A stretch of DNA of 64,000 nucleotides. It comes from an uncultured Bacteroidota bacterium (GTDB taxonomy: Bacteria > Bacteroidota > Bacteroidia > UKL13-3). The stretch is taken from assembly GCA_903850915.1 (NCBI GenBank), contig CAINMV010000010.1, positions 980-64,979 on the forward strand. The letters are read 5' to 3'. Both the position numbers and the translations under genes were made by a program. The number at the start of each line of letters is the position of its first letter. Position 1 is the first letter of the stretch. The notes beneath the pieces were generated by a model. It made no database searches. It saw nothing but the letters and a program-made list of their open reading frames with translations, and was not told the origin of the DNA. This document shows, one piece after another, positions 29,614-38,561 of the stretch.

Positions 29614-29977
29614 CTGTTAAAGTGAATCCTATATGCCTTAATTGCAGGGCCTACAGGGGTTTTGTGAAAGATCATTACTTTTAAAACAGCTATATGCTAC
29701 TTTTCAAAGGAGTGCAAAAGTATGCAAAAAAATATTTCGTGCAAACTTTTTTTAAAAACTTTTTAAAATATTTATTAAAACATAGTACTAGCAGAGAAAA
29801 GAATGTTTGTCGATGCCAAAAATTATTTACTAATTCTTGCTTTTTGGTCGTTTTTTTAAGAATGCGTGTATGCCGTTTAGTTAAATTAAAAACAAAAACA
29901 AAAAAGCACTTCTTATTCCCTTTTACTTTTTACGTTTCATTTTTTACTTAAGCCCGGTCAATTCTCAACTAAAACTA

Positions 29978-29985
29978 TACTTTTG
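29978..29985 (+). promoter_or_regulatory. candidate Bacteroidota sigma-A -7 element (TAnnTTTG) upstream of the icmF-like genes
   Basis: TACTTTTG lies 25 nt upstream of the ATG at 30010; no clear -33 TTG was found. Confidence 0.3.
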
Positions 29986-30009
29986 CGATACAAATAGCAA
30001 CGCCTCGAT

Positions 30010-31428
30010 ATGCATGAAATACAAAAATATCAACCAAAACATAAGATACGTATTGTAACAGCTGCTTCGCTGTTCGACGGACATGATGCAGCCATTAATG
30101 TTATGCGACGTATAATCCAATCAACAGGTTGTGAAGTAATCCATCTCGGCCATAATAGAAGCGTAGATGAGGTGGTGAATTGCGCAATTCAAGAAGACGC
30201 ACAATCGATAGCCATGACAAGCTATCAAGGTGGACACACCGAGTATTTTAAATACATGTTCGACTTACTTAACGAAAAGGGCGCTGGTCATATTAAAATA
30301 TTTGCTGGGGGGGGAGGCGTTATTCTTCCTGATGAAATTAAAGAGCTGCATGACTATGGAATTGCTCGTATTTATAGCCCTGATGATGGCCGAGTAATGG
30401 GACTTCAAGGCATGATTAATGATTTGGTTATGCAAAGCGACTATGAAACTGTAACTGAACTTGGCAATCATTTGGCTGTTTTACACGAAAAGAACCCAAA
30501 AACCATTGCAGAAACGATCACCATAGCTGAAAATCATCCTGAGAAACTAGCATCTCATAAGCTAGAGAAAGAAAATAAAATAATCCCTGTACTCGGCATC
30601 ACAGGCACCGGTGGTGCAGGTAAATCGAGCCTCCTCGACGAGCTGGTGCGCCGTTACTTACACGACTTTGAAGACAAAACCTTAGCTATTATTTCCGTTG
30701 ACCCAAGCAAACGGAAAACCGGCGGTGCGCTTTTGGGTGATCGTATCCGAATGAATAGCATCAACAACCCACGCGTTTTTATGCGATCTTTAGCAACCCG
30801 ACAAGCCAACCTCGCTTTAAGTAAATATGTTCAAGCAAGCATCGATATTTGCAAATCGGCAGGCTACGACATGATTATCGTGGAAACGAGTGGCATCGGG
30901 CAAAGCGACACTGAAATAACAGAACACTGTGATGTTAGTTTGTATGTGATGACGAGCGAATATGGTGCCGCTTCGCAACTGGAAAAAATTGACATGCTCG
31001 ACTTCGCAGATTTGGTTGCTATTAATAAATTTGACAAGAAGGGGAGCTTGGATGCCTTGCGTGATGTGCGTAAACAATACAAACGCAATCACAATAAATT
31101 TGAAGTGAAAGATGAAGACTTGCCAGTTTATGCCACGATTGCTTCACAATTCAACGACCCAGGCATGAATAATTTATATAAAGCGGTGATGGATTCTATT
31201 TGCCAAAAAACTGACGCGCCTTTGCAAAGCCAAACAAAACTTACCACCGACCAAAGTAAAAAGATTTATGTGATACCACCTGAACGCGTTCGTTACCTTG
31301 CGGAAATTGTTGAAAACAACCGTCGTTATGATGAATGGGTTACAAAACAAAGCGACATAGCTCAAAAGCTATATCAGTTTAAAGGCACAATGGAAATGCT
31401 CAACGAATCCAAAGTAGAAGAAAAATAG
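30010..31428 (+). CDS. IcmF-type mutase, N-terminal component: B12-binding domain fused to MeaB/ArgK-like G-protein
   Basis: [10 protein letters not shown]12-binding (DxHxxG-like) block, then P-loop [12 protein letters not shown] and NKFD G4 motif. Confidence 0.8.
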   Translation: MHEIQKYQPKHKIRIVTAASLFDGHDAAINVMRRIIQSTGCEVIHLGHNRSVDEVVNCAIQEDAQSIAMTSYQGGHTEYFKYMFDLLNEKGAGHIKIFAGGGGVILPDEIKELHDYGIARIYSPDDGRVMGLQGMINDLVMQSDYETVTELGNHLAVLHEKNPKTIAETITIAENHPEKLASHKLEKENKIIPVLGITGTGGAGKSSLLDELVRRYLHDFEDKTLAIISVDPSKRKTGGALLGDRIRMNSINNPRVFMRSLATRQANLALSKYVQASIDICKSAGYDMIIVETSGIGQSDTEITEHCDVSLYVMTSEYGAASQLEKIDMLDFADLVAINKFDKKGSLDALRDVRKQYKRNHNKFEVKDEDLPVYATIASQFNDPGMNNLYKAVMDSICQKTDAPLQSQTKLTTDQSKKIYVIPPERVRYLAEIVENNRRYDEWVTKQSDIAQKLYQFKGTMEMLNESKVEEK

Positions 31429-31501
31429 ACATAATCATTCAACAAAACAGTTAAACATCAATAAAAAGTCGATGGACCTTTTATTATAGTAACGAATTAT
31501 C

Positions 31502-33445
31502 ATGCAAAAGATTCAAGATAAAATTAATGCGCTAGAAAAGCAGCTTGCTCCGGAATGTAAGGAGCTAATTGACAATTGGCAGGAGAAAGAGAAGTTATAT
31601 CAAGAGGAAGACTATAATTTCACCGTGCGTAACAAAACAATAAAAATCAAGACGCATAGTGAAAGCCTAAGCCACTCTCAAATACCTAAAATTAGTACCC
31701 CTCGCTATAAAGCTTGGGGCGACCTACTTCAATGGCAGCTGCAGGAAAATGTACCTGGAGAATTTCCATATACCGCTGGCATCTATCCATTCAAACGCGA
31801 AGGAGAAGATCCAACACGAATGTTTGCTGGAGAAGGCGGCCCTGAACGTACCAATAAACGCTTTCATTACGTAAGCTTGGGCCAACCTGCAAAACGTTTA
31901 AGTACCGCCTTCGATAGTGTAACTTTATACGGCGAAGATCCTCACGTAAGACCTGATATTTATGGAAAAATTGGGAATAGTGGCGTAAGTATTGCCACAC
32001 TTGACGATGCCAAAAAGCTCTATAGCGGGTTCGACCTTTGCAGCCCTACCACCTCCGTTAGCATGACAATTAACGGGCCAGCGGCAATCCTACTTGGCTT
32101 TTTTATGAATGCCGCTGTCGACCAGCAATGCGAGAAATATATCATTGCAAATGGCCTAGAAAAAGAAACTCAAGCGAAAATAGAAGCTATATTTTCAAAC
32201 AAGGGAATGACTCGTCCAAGTTATAATGGCGAATTACCTCAAGGCAATGATGGTTTAGGTTTAATGCTACTAGGTGTTACAGGCGCAGAGGTGCTTCCTG
32301 ATGACATTTACCAAAAGATTAAATCAGAAGCTATGGCAATGGTGCGAGGCACCGTACAGGCTGATATTCTTAAAGAAGACCAAGCGCAAAACACCTGTAT
32401 TTTCTCCACTGAATTTGCATTGCGTTTGATGGGAGACATTCAATACTACTTTATAAAAAATAAAGTTCGTAATTTTTATAGCGTTAGTATTAGCGGATAT
32501 CATATTGCTGAAGCAGGCGCTAACCCTATCACACAGTTGGCTCTCACACTATCTAATGGCTTCACCTACGTTGAATATTATTTGAGCAGGGGCATGCATA
32601 TTGATGACTTTGCGCCGAACTTATCCTTTTTCTTTAGTAATGGCATTGACCCAGAATATGCAGTAATTGGTCGTGTTGCACGACGAATATGGGCCAAGGC
32701 CATCAAACATAAATACAATGGCAACGAGCGCAGTCAGATGCTTAAATATCATATTCAAACTAGCGGTCGAAGTTTACACGCTCAAGAAATTGATTTTAAT
32801 GACATCCGCACCACTTTGCAAGCTTTGTATGCCATTTACGACAACTGTAATAGCCTCCATACAAATGCATATGACGAAGCCATTACTACCCCAACAGAGG
32901 AAAGTGTGCGCAGGGCGATGGCTATTCAACTTATAATAAATCGTGAACTAGGGTTGGCGAAAAATGAAAACCCACTACAAGGAAGCTTTATTATAGAAGA
33001 AATGACAAATTTAGTGGAAGATGCCGTTTACACTGAGTTCATGCGTATAAACGAACGGGGCGGTGTTTTAGGTGCCATGGAAACAATGTATCAACGCAAC
33101 AAAATTCAAGAAGAAAGTCTTTATTATGAAACACTAAAACACAATGGAGAGTACCCTATAATTGGTGTCAATACTTTTTTAAGTAGTAAAGGCTCCCCAA
33201 CTGTAATTCCACAAGAAGTGATTCGCAGTACAGAAGAGGAGAAGCAATTTCAAATTACAGCCCTGAATTCGTTTCAACAGCGAAATAAAAAGGAAGCTCC
33301 TGAACTTTTGCAACAACTAAAGCAAGCCGCTATCGACAATGACAATATTTTTCATGTATTGATGGACGCCTCTAAAGTATGCTCCTTAGGTCAGATTTCC
33401 AACGCATTGTATTCAGTTGGAGGGCAATATCGCAGAAATATGTAG
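31502..33445 (+). CDS. IcmF-type/methylmalonyl-CoA-mutase-family catalytic (substrate-binding barrel) component
   Basis: 647 aa with MCM-family blocks (..[15 protein letters not shown].., [15 protein letters not shown]). Separated from the upstream gene by 73 nt and in a different frame. Confidence 0.8.
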   Translation: MQKIQDKINALEKQLAPECKELIDNWQEKEKLYQEEDYNFTVRNKTIKIKTHSESLSHSQIPKISTPRYKAWGDLLQWQLQENVPGEFPYTAGIYPFKREGEDPTRMFAGEGGPERTNKRFHYVSLGQPAKRLSTAFDSVTLYGEDPHVRPDIYGKIGNSGVSIATLDDAKKLYSGFDLCSPTTSVSMTINGPAAILLGFFMNAAVDQQCEKYIIANGLEKETQAKIEAIFSNKGMTRPSYNGELPQGNDGLGLMLLGVTGAEVLPDDIYQKIKSEAMAMVRGTVQADILKEDQAQNTCIFSTEFALRLMGDIQYYFIKNKVRNFYSVSISGYHIAEAGANPITQLALTLSNGFTYVEYYLSRGMHIDDFAPNLSFFFSNGIDPEYAVIGRVARRIWAKAIKHKYNGNERSQMLKYHIQTSGRSLHAQEIDFNDIRTTLQALYAIYDNCNSLHTNAYDEAITTPTEESVRRAMAIQLIINRELGLAKNENPLQGSFIIEEMTNLVEDAVYTEFMRINERGGVLGAMETMYQRNKIQEESLYYETLKHNGEYPIIGVNTFLSSKGSPTVIPQEVIRSTEEEKQFQITALNSFQQRNKKEAPELLQQLKQAAIDNDNIFHVLMDASKVCSLGQISNALYSVGGQYRRNM

Positions 33446-33504
33446 TCCGAAAAATGTTTAAAATTCGTGATTCTCAGTTAAAAAACAACTTTTTACAACA
33501 GATT

Positions 33505-33533
33505 TTGAATTTTCATTCTTTTTTGTACCTTTG
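33505..33533 (+). promoter_or_regulatory. candidate Bacteroidota promoter (-33 TTG / -7 TACCTTTG) for rplU-rpmA
   Basis: TTG at 33505 and TAnnTTTG at 33526-33533, about 30 nt upstream of the rplU start. Confidence 0.45.
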
Positions 33534-33564
33534 CCGTCCCAAAAAAAATTAGGGACACAAAAAA

Positions 33565-33879
33565 ATGTTTGCAATAGTAACCATAGCTGGTCAACAATTC
33601 AAAGTAACGAAGAACCAAACACTCTACGTTCACCACCTATCAAACGAAGAAGGCGCTAGCGTAGAATTTAGCGATGTATTATTAATCAATAATGAAGGAA
33701 GTGTACGCGTAGGTACCCCGAATGTAAGTGGAGCGAAAGTTACTGCTACCGTTGTTGAGAATCTTGTTAAAGGCGATAAAGTTATCGTATTTAAGAAGAA
33801 ACGCAGAAAAGGATATCGCCTTATGAAAGGCCATCGCCAACAATTCAGCAAAATAAAAATAAACGAAATCGTAGCTTAA
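33565..33879 (+). CDS. rplU: 50S ribosomal protein L21
   Basis: MFAIVTIAGQQFKV N-terminus; 104 aa. Confidence 0.9.
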   Translation: MFAIVTIAGQQFKVTKNQTLYVHHLSNEEGASVEFSDVLLINNEGSVRVGTPNVSGAKVTATVVENLVKGDKVIVFKKKRRKGYRLMKGHRQQFSKIKINEIVA

Positions 33880-33912
33880 TATTTTATCAACTTCTAATTA
33901 AATCAACTAAAA

Positions 33913-34173
33913 ATGGCACATAAGAAAGGAGTCGGTTCCGTAAAAAATGGTCGTGAATCACATAGCAAACGCCTTGGCGTAAAAATATACGGTGGCCAAG
34001 CAATCATCGCTGGTAACATTATTGTACGTCAACGCGGAACAAAACACCACCCAAGTGTTGGTGTTGGAATTGGCAAGGATCATACTTTGTATGCACTTAC
34101 TGATGGTTTTGTAAAGTTCCAGAAAAAAGCAAAAGACAGATCTTACGTATCTGTTGTTCCTGCCAGAGCTTAA
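33913..34173 (+). CDS. rpmA: 50S ribosomal protein L27
   Basis: MAHKKGVGS...GGQ N-terminus; 86 aa. Confidence 0.9.
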   Translation: MAHKKGVGSVKNGRESHSKRLGVKIYGGQAIIAGNIIVRQRGTKHHPSVGVGIGKDHTLYALTDGFVKFQKKAKDRSYVSVVPARA

Positions 34174-34279
34174 AATAAGATGCTACTTCTATTGTAGCTT
34201 CTTTAGACTAACCCCAAAGGTATAGGTCATAAAGTTTAGTGTTGGACACTGAAAATTGAATCATAAATTACATTGCATA

Positions 34280-34315
34280 AAGCCTTGTTCATTAATTTGA
34301 GCAAGGCTTTTTTGT
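34280..34315 (+). terminator. rho-independent terminator after rpmA
   Basis: Stem aagccttg/caaggctt followed by TTTTTT. Confidence 0.6.
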
Positions 34316-34410
34316 TCTTAGGCACTTTAATATCAAAAACATCGATCCTATTTTACCTATACTTAAAACACACGAACTGCCAAGAATGCCCTATCTTTGT
34401 GGCCCAAGTT

Positions 34411-35568
34411 ATGGATAAATATGCATTACGCGGCGTTTCCTCTCAAAAAGAAGAAGTACATGCTGCCATAAAAAACATCGACAAAGGCCTTTTCCCTAAA
34501 GCGTTCTGTAAAGTTGTCCCTGATTTTCTAGGTGGCGACGAACTTTTTTGTAATATTATGCATGCTGACGGGGCTGGAACTAAAAGCAGTTTGGCATATG
34601 CCTATTGGCGCGAAACAGGCGATTTAAGTGTATGGAAAAACATTGCCATCGATGCCATTGTGATGAACATCGACGACCTCCTCTGTGTGGGCGTCACTGA
34701 TGAATTCCTATTGTCATCAACCATTGGCAGAAATAAAAAGCTGATTCCGGCAGAGGTGCTTTCTGCGTTAATAAATGGGGCAAATGAATTTATCGAATCG
34801 CTGAAAAATTTCGGTATTCACATCCACCATACCGGAGGCGAAACCGCCGATGTTGGCGATTTAGTTCGGACTGTTATTGTTGATAGCACCGTGGTTGCTC
34901 GCGTTAAAAGAAGCGACATTATTAATAACGCCAATATTAAACCCGGAAACGTAATCGTAGGATTAGCAAGCTACGGACAGTCCACATACGAAAGCGAATA
35001 CAATAGCGGTATGGGAAGTAATGGCCTTACTAGTGCTCGTCACGACATGTTCAACGCAGGCTACATATTAAAATACCCGGAGACCTTTGATGCCAAAATC
35101 ACAGATGTAGCCTATAGCGGAGAACTTAGTCTTACAGATCCAATAGTTGGTATACCACTCGATGCAGGGAAAATGGTACTCTCCCCTACCCGCACCTATG
35201 CCCCTTTTGTTAAAGAAATCCTAAAAAAATATCGTGCGAAAATTGATGGGATGATTCATTGTAGTGGCGGCGGACAAACTAAAATACTGCATTTTGTGGA
35301 TGCAGTGCATATTGTAAAGGATAACTTATTACCAACTCCTATTCTCTTCACTACCATTCAAAAGCAAAGCAACACGGATTGGCGTGAGATGTATAGCACT
35401 TTTAATATGGGGCACCGCCTCGAAATATATACAGACACTGATACCGCCAAAGCCTTGATAGATATTGCCTCATCGTTCAACATTGAAGCCCAAATTATTG
35501 GCAAGGTAGAAACCTGCGAAACAAAAAGGCTCACCATTGAAAGTATGCATGGTAAATTTGAATATTAA
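34411..35568 (+). CDS. AIR synthase-related (PurM-like) protein; start moved to internal Met (MDKYALRG)
   Basis: PurM-like N- and C-domains. The upstream in-frame extension from 34273 overlaps the rpmA terminator hairpin, so it is rejected. Confidence 0.7.
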   Translation: MDKYALRGVSSQKEEVHAAIKNIDKGLFPKAFCKVVPDFLGGDELFCNIMHADGAGTKSSLAYAYWRETGDLSVWKNIAIDAIVMNIDDLLCVGVTDEFLLSSTIGRNKKLIPAEVLSALINGANEFIESLKNFGIHIHHTGGETADVGDLVRTVIVDSTVVARVKRSDIINNANIKPGNVIVGLASYGQSTYESEYNSGMGSNGLTSARHDMFNAGYILKYPETFDAKITDVAYSGELSLTDPIVGIPLDAGKMVLSPTRTYAPFVKEILKKYRAKIDGMIHCSGGGQTKILHFVDAVHIVKDNLLPTPILFTTIQKQSNTDWREMYSTFNMGHRLEIYTDTDTAKALIDIASSFNIEAQIIGKVETCETKRLTIESMHGKFEY

Positions 35569-35570
35569 TT

Positions 35571-36728
35571 ATGGCTAAGGATAAAATATATGATACCCGT
35601 CCGGAATTAGAAACTGCAATTCTGGTATCCGTTGGTAATAAATTTGACAAGGAAGAGCAGTTGAATGTATATCTCGATGAACTTGAATTTCTAGCGCAAA
35701 CAGCGGGAGCAATTGCAAAAAAACGTTTCATTCAACGCCTCGACCATATTGAGCAAGGAACCTATGTAGGCAAGGGCAAACTTAAGGAGCTGGTTGAATA
35801 TGTAAAACTAAATGAAATAGATATTGTTATTTTCGATGATGAGTTGTCGCCAGCTCAAACACGCAATATTGAAGCAGAAATGAACCCCGATAAATTCGAT
35901 ATCCGGGTGAAAGTAATTGACCGAAGTCGATTGATTCTCGACATTTTCGCCAAAAACGCTAGATCAGCACAAGCGAAAACACAGGTGGAGCTTGCCCAAT
36001 ACCAGTATATGCTACCACGACTAACGAACTTGTGGACGCACTTAAGTCGTCAAAAGGGAGGTATTGGTATGAAAGGCGCTGGAGAAAAAGAAATTGAAAC
36101 AGACAGGCGTGTTATTAATACTCGAATGGCGCTCTTGAAGGAAGAACTAAAAAACATAGATCGTCAGAGTCAAATAAAACGCAAAGACAGAGAAGACAAA
36201 CCGCGACTAACAATCGTTGGATATACAAATGTTGGAAAGTCCACGATCATGAATTTACTAAGCAAAGCTGAAATTCATGCCGAAAACAAATTATTTAGCA
36301 CCTTGGATAGTACCGTGCGTAAGGTGGTGTTAAAAACTACTCCTTTTCTACTTACCGATACCGTTGGCTTCATTCGAAAACTACCCCATCAATTGGTGGA
36401 GTGCTTTAAAAGTACACTCGATGAAGTACGTGATGCAGATGCATTAATTCATGTGGTGGATATCAGTAGCAACGAGTATGAATCGCAGATGCAGACTGTA
36501 AAACAAACTATTGAAGAACTAGAGGCACACAAAAAACCGACACTTACCGTTTTTAATAAAATTGATGCAATGACGGAGGAGCAGCGGTATAACTTACATA
36601 ATACCTATATGGCAAAGGAGAACATGCCCGTAGTATTTATGAGCGCAGCTAAAAAAATAAACACCGAAGAATTGCGCGATGCCGTATATCTGCTGGTGCA
36701 ACAGGTAAATAAAAACAGAACCTATTAA
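35571..36728 (+). CDS. hflX: GTPase HflX
   Basis: HflX N-domain plus G-domain GYTNVGKST, DTVG and NKID. Confidence 0.85.
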   Translation: MAKDKIYDTRPELETAILVSVGNKFDKEEQLNVYLDELEFLAQTAGAIAKKRFIQRLDHIEQGTYVGKGKLKELVEYVKLNEIDIVIFDDELSPAQTRNIEAEMNPDKFDIRVKVIDRSRLILDIFAKNARSAQAKTQVELAQYQYMLPRLTNLWTHLSRQKGGIGMKGAGEKEIETDRRVINTRMALLKEELKNIDRQSQIKRKDREDKPRLTIVGYTNVGKSTIMNLLSKAEIHAENKLFSTLDSTVRKVVLKTTPFLLTDTVGFIRKLPHQLVECFKSTLDEVRDADALIHVVDISSNEYESQMQTVKQTIEELEAHKKPTLTVFNKIDAMTEEQRYNLHNTYMAKENMPVVFMSAAKKINTEELRDAVYLLVQQVNKNRTY

Positions 36729-36734
36729 CTTAAA

Positions 36735-37094
36735 ATGGAAGAAACACAAGAAACAAAAAACGCACTTGTAGAAAAAAGATTCAAGGCCCTTCAGAGTAAG
36801 CTTAAAGTGCAATTTAATAGGCAGCCGAGTATGGATGCCATTCTTTTTATAATTGGAATGAACGCCATTGGAAAAGGGAATGTAAAATATGACCGTGAAG
36901 AGAAGATGAACCTTTTACACGTGGCACATTGCACCATATTCGAAATAAGTGGTTACTATGAATTAGAGCGCACTGACGAAGATGGCTGGCCCCATTTTAA
37001 AACACTTAAGCAATATCCAGCTATGGAATTACATGAGCAGGAGTTCTTTTTAAAGGAAAATATTTTAAAGTATTTTGACAGTATAAACTACTAA
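36735..37094 (+). CDS. hypothetical protein, co-transcribed with hflX
   Basis: 119 aa with good coding character, 6 nt after the hflX stop; no recognisable motif. Confidence 0.45.
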   Translation: MEETQETKNALVEKRFKALQSKLKVQFNRQPSMDAILFIIGMNAIGKGNVKYDREEKMNLLHVAHCTIFEISGYYELERTDEDGWPHFKTLKQYPAMELHEQEFFLKENILKYFDSINY

Positions 37095-37100
37095 TGTTTT

Positions 37101-37481
37101 TCACTTCATTGCTTTCAAGGTAAGCACGTAATTCGATACCGCATTTATTTCTGGCTCACCCAATACCTCTGCAAAACGTGGCATCGTTTTTTTTCCGTGA
37201 TAAATGAGGTCGCTAATTTCAGTTGTATTCATCTTTGTAATGGTAAGATCGGCAGATTGTGCAATTTTTGCATTGCCCCTCTCACCATGACACATAGCGC
37301 AATGAGTTTTATAGATTTCTTTGCCATAGGCAGCCATGTCAGTTTCGTTACTCACCTGGCCTCCAGAGGACATCGTATCATTACATTGAGATAATATAAA
37401 AAGCAAAAACAATAAAACCGAAACACCTTTGAGCATAAAGAAAGAAATAAAGTTAAATGCAAAATTAGTCAAAAAAGACAA
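37101..37481 (-). CDS. c-type cytochrome (class I), secreted
   Basis: Signal peptide; single CAMCH haem-binding motif; distal Met candidates. Confidence 0.75.
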   Translation of the reverse strand: MSFLTNFAFNFISFFMLKGVSVLLFLLFILSQCNDTMSSGGQVSNETDMAAYGKEIYKTHCAMCHGERGNAKIAQSADLTITKMNTTEISDLIYHGKKTMPRFAEVLGEPEINAVSNYVLTLKAMK

Positions 37482-37515
37482 AGTGTAACAACATTTAACG
37501 TGTGTGAAAAACAGA

Positions 37516-37552
37516 AAACCCTGTGAATGATTATTACATTCACAGGGTTTTT
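37516..37552. terminator. strong hairpin terminator (bidirectional) downstream of the DUF4476 gene
   Basis: 11-bp perfect stem ccctgtgaatg/cattcacaggg with a 7-nt loop, T-run on the plus strand and a T-rich tract on the minus strand. Confidence 0.65.
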
Positions 37553-37566
37553 ATTATTCTTGTTTT

Positions 37567-38340
37567 CTAGCGACGTGAACCGCACATTTTTGCAATTTCA
37601 TTTTTGCTACTGTCAAAACTAAATGCATCGCTCAACTCATAATATCTGTTTTTATCGTCAGTATAATTAAACGCATATCTAGCCACTTCCAATTTAGTGC
37701 TTTCAAAACTAAAACAAGATAAAACACTTCTAATTTGTTCAACACTTAATTTATTGTTTGAGATTCCACTCATCGCCACGGTTTTTTTGGTGCTTTCAAA
37801 TGATGCATTATTTATTCCCAACTTTAAAGCATCAAAATCTCGATTGTTCATGTAATGATTATAGTTGTAATTGTTGCGATTGTAGTTCTCATCGTTGTTA
37901 TTTCGACCATCATTATCATATCGCTCATCTTCTTCAATTTCCTCATAATTGTTGTCATGATCATTAAAACGATAGTGGTATTGGCGGTGGCGATTGTTAT
38001 TATACCGATGAGTTATTACCCGGTCTACGTGAAAACCAAAACCATCAACAGATGCGAATATATCGGAGGCTTCTTTCACCATCAATGGCCCGTTAAATAT
38101 CAATACTGGCATTGCCCTTCGACCATGATGACTGTATGAAGTGAAAGTTTCAATAACTAAATTATGACGCCCAGGGCGCAAAGTTGGAACATGAAAGCTG
38201 TTACCATAAACTTGATAATAATATCCATCAATATTTACGGTGTAATTAGCTTGGCGAACAAATCGCAAATATAAAGACGAGGCGTTCGCGGAGAATGATG
38301 CAATCAATGCAAAGAACAAAATGTAAAGTTGGCGTTTCAT
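37567..38340 (-). CDS. DUF4476-like secreted protein with Asn/Tyr/Asp-rich low-complexity insert
   Basis: Signal peptide; C-terminal triplicated (F)SFES/DS(T/S)K modules typical of DUF4476; central N/Y/D/R-rich segment (NNYNYNHYMNN...). Confidence 0.6.
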   Translation of the reverse strand: MKRQLYILFFALIASFSANASSLYLRFVRQANYTVNIDGYYYQVYGNSFHVPTLRPGRHNLVIETFTSYSHHGRRAMPVLIFNGPLMVKEASDIFASVDGFGFHVDRVITHRYNNNRHRQYHYRFNDHDNNYEEIEEDERYDNDGRNNNDENYNRNNYNYNHYMNNRDFDALKLGINNASFESTKKTVAMSGISNNKLSVEQIRSVLSCFSFESTKLEVARYAFNYTDDKNRYYELSDAFSFDSSKNEIAKMCGSRR

Positions 38341-38561
38341 GGCTGTAAATAATTAATTGTTTAAAAACATCCGCACCACTTGTAATAATTATTCGAAGGC
38401 GTCCCAACAAGTGATTCGAAATTTATTTTACCTTCGATATGCAATCATTTCCAATTGATGTGCCAAAGATTATTGATTAACAGTGGTTAACATTTGTAAC
38501 ACTAAAAAGTATGTGTGACTAAACAGCTACAATTAAGTAAATTTGAATCCTATTTTCAATC

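Noticed and set aside
29694-29951. 85-aa ORF in the AT-rich spacer upstream of the mutase genes
   Set aside because: Very low-complexity Lys/Phe-rich translation from A/T homopolymer runs. The region is better explained as promoter and spacer.
31429-31501. Possibility that the two mutase ORFs are one gene broken by a frameshift
   Set aside because: The spacer is 73 nt, AT-rich, and has an in-frame stop 4 codons before the ORF2 ATG. The break coincides with the IcmF inter-domain linker and both parts have intact motifs, so a bona fide split is more parsimonious. A pseudogene cannot be excluded without comparative data.
34273-34410. N-terminal 46-aa extension of the AIR-synthase-related ORF as given in the ORF track
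   Set aside because: The extension spans the rpmA rho-independent terminator hairpin (34280-34315) and is hydrophobic junk. The internal Met at 34411 gives the conserved N-terminus.
37758-38139. Antisense ORFs 37758..37967 and 37855..38139 (His/Cys-rich and Ile/Val-rich)
   Set aside because: They are the reverse-frame translation of the Asn/Tyr-rich low-complexity tract of the DUF4476 gene. It is a compositional artefact.
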